Of a DNA stretch of 64,000 nt, positions 63,563 to 64,000 are shown one piece after another (the stretch's first letter is position 1; the number at the start of each line of letters is the position of its first letter). Made by a program: the position numbers and the translations under genes. Source of the DNA: Nitratireductor sp. (lineage in GTDB: Bacteria > Pseudomonadota > Alphaproteobacteria > Rhizobiales > Rhizobiaceae); assembly GCA_020441665.1 (NCBI GenBank), contig JAGRLT010000073.1:33254-97253 (forward strand), read 5' to 3'. The notes beneath the pieces are model-generated. The model was given only the letters and a program-made list of their open reading frames with translations, had not been told where the DNA came from and did not search any database.

Positions 63563-64000
63563 ATGAAAAGAATCATCCTCCATGTCGGAACTGAAAAGAC
63601 CGGCACGACCTCGATCCAGAAGTATTTTTGGGACAATCGGGAAAAATACCGGGAACGCGGTTTGTGTTATCCCGAATGCCTCGGAACGCAGAACCATGTC
63701 GGGCTCGTGACGTGCGCGCGCGGTTTCGCCGAGAATGATTCCATAAGGATCCTGCAGGAAATCTATTCGCGCAGCACCCACGAAAGATACAAGCGGCGCG
63801 CAAGACTGCAGTTCAGAAGGGAGATCGAGAATTTCGACACCATCGTACTGTCGAATGAGCATCTGTCCGCGCGACTTCGAAAACCGGAGGAATTCAAACG
63901 GCTGAAATCGTTTCTCGATGTCGAGGCCAATGACGTGAAAGTGGTCCTGTATGTCCGGCGGCAGGATGAATTCCTGATCAGTTCCTACACGGCCCATATC
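63563..64000 (+). CDS. Sulfotransferase-family protein, 5' part (runs off the window end)
   Basis: Not in the ORF track because no stop falls within the window. My translation from the ATG at 63563 is MKRIILHVGTEKTGTTSIQKYFW... (5'-PSB loop) ...VVLYVRRQDEFLISSY (3'-PB-like R-x3-E-x3-S). The frame is open to 64000. Confidence 0.6.
   Translation, partial: MKRIILHVGTEKTGTTSIQKYFWDNREKYRERGLCYPECLGTQNHVGLVTCARGFAENDSIRILQEIYSRSTHERYKRRARLQFRREIENFDTIVLSNEHLSARLRKPEEFKRLKSFLDVEANDVKVVLYVRRQDEFLISSYTAHI

Noticed and set aside
1-64000. CRISPR arrays, rRNA or tRNA genes, insertion sequences, integrases and prophage genes
   Set aside because: The only tandem repeats are short (14-15 bp), have no spacers and are mostly in frame within genes. 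I recognised no cloverleaf-like or rRNA-like segments and no transposase, integrase or phage structural ORFs, so I could not define mobile-element boundaries for the lower-GC right-hand region.

Overview
Densely coding, high-GC 64-kb window. Codon usage and gene content look alphaproteobacterial or Rhizobiales-like, which is an inference. I recognised no rRNA, tRNA, CRISPR array, transposase or integrase.

Gene content, left to right:
1. 1-6.4 kb: the 3' end of an ABC permease gene, a matB-like malonyl-CoA synthetase with TRAP dctQM but no dctP, and a stand-alone family-5 solute-binding protein.
2. 6.8-22.6 kb: a Tat-exported, Cys-type (non-selenocysteine) FdnGHI-like formate dehydrogenase with Tat-target and TorD-like helpers. 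It is followed by a translationally coupled set of poorly characterised accessory genes (DUF3306/DUF3305-like, a 654-aa multi-[4Fe-4S] protein, Mrp/ApbC, a BPL/LplA-like protein and small DUFs), an HTH-PBP regulator and a TupBCA-type tungstate importer.
3. 22.9-34 kb: a peptide-type ABC importer without its own binding protein, a guanidino-group-modifying enzyme, an amidase, a class II aldolase, MarR, a PLP decarboxylase, and secreted SH3b and LprI-like proteins.
4. 34-45.3 kb: a complete but atypical type II secretion system (T2SS) in two divergent operons. It has long-leader pseudopilins, a short Tad-like prepilin peptidase, a lipobox secretin and a GspC-like protein with only the HR domain.
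5. 45.4-51.5 kb: a polytopic permease fused to an FG-GAP/ASPIC (CRTAC1-like) domain, plus two Sel1-repeat proteins.
6. 51.5-64 kb: a region that looks lower in GC by eye. It holds a leaderless Cys-type sulfatase, four sulfotransferase domains, glycosyltransferases, a methyltransferase, and two tandem paralogous cassettes (a small Ig-like secreted protein plus a tail-fibre-like repeat protein).

Best candidate for an undescribed system: the 34-64 kb block read as one envelope locus, where the T2SS exports the duplicated fibre proteins and the sulfation and glycosylation enzymes decorate them. This is a hypothesis, not a demonstrated link.

Several exact repeats and palindromes are reported separately. 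They include a 23-bp perfect hairpin over the tupB start codon, a 22-bp perfect palindrome, in-frame 15-bp tandem repeats, and a 21-bp inverted repeat 265 bp apart at marR.

Many long antisense ORFs in the track are treated as high-GC artefacts.
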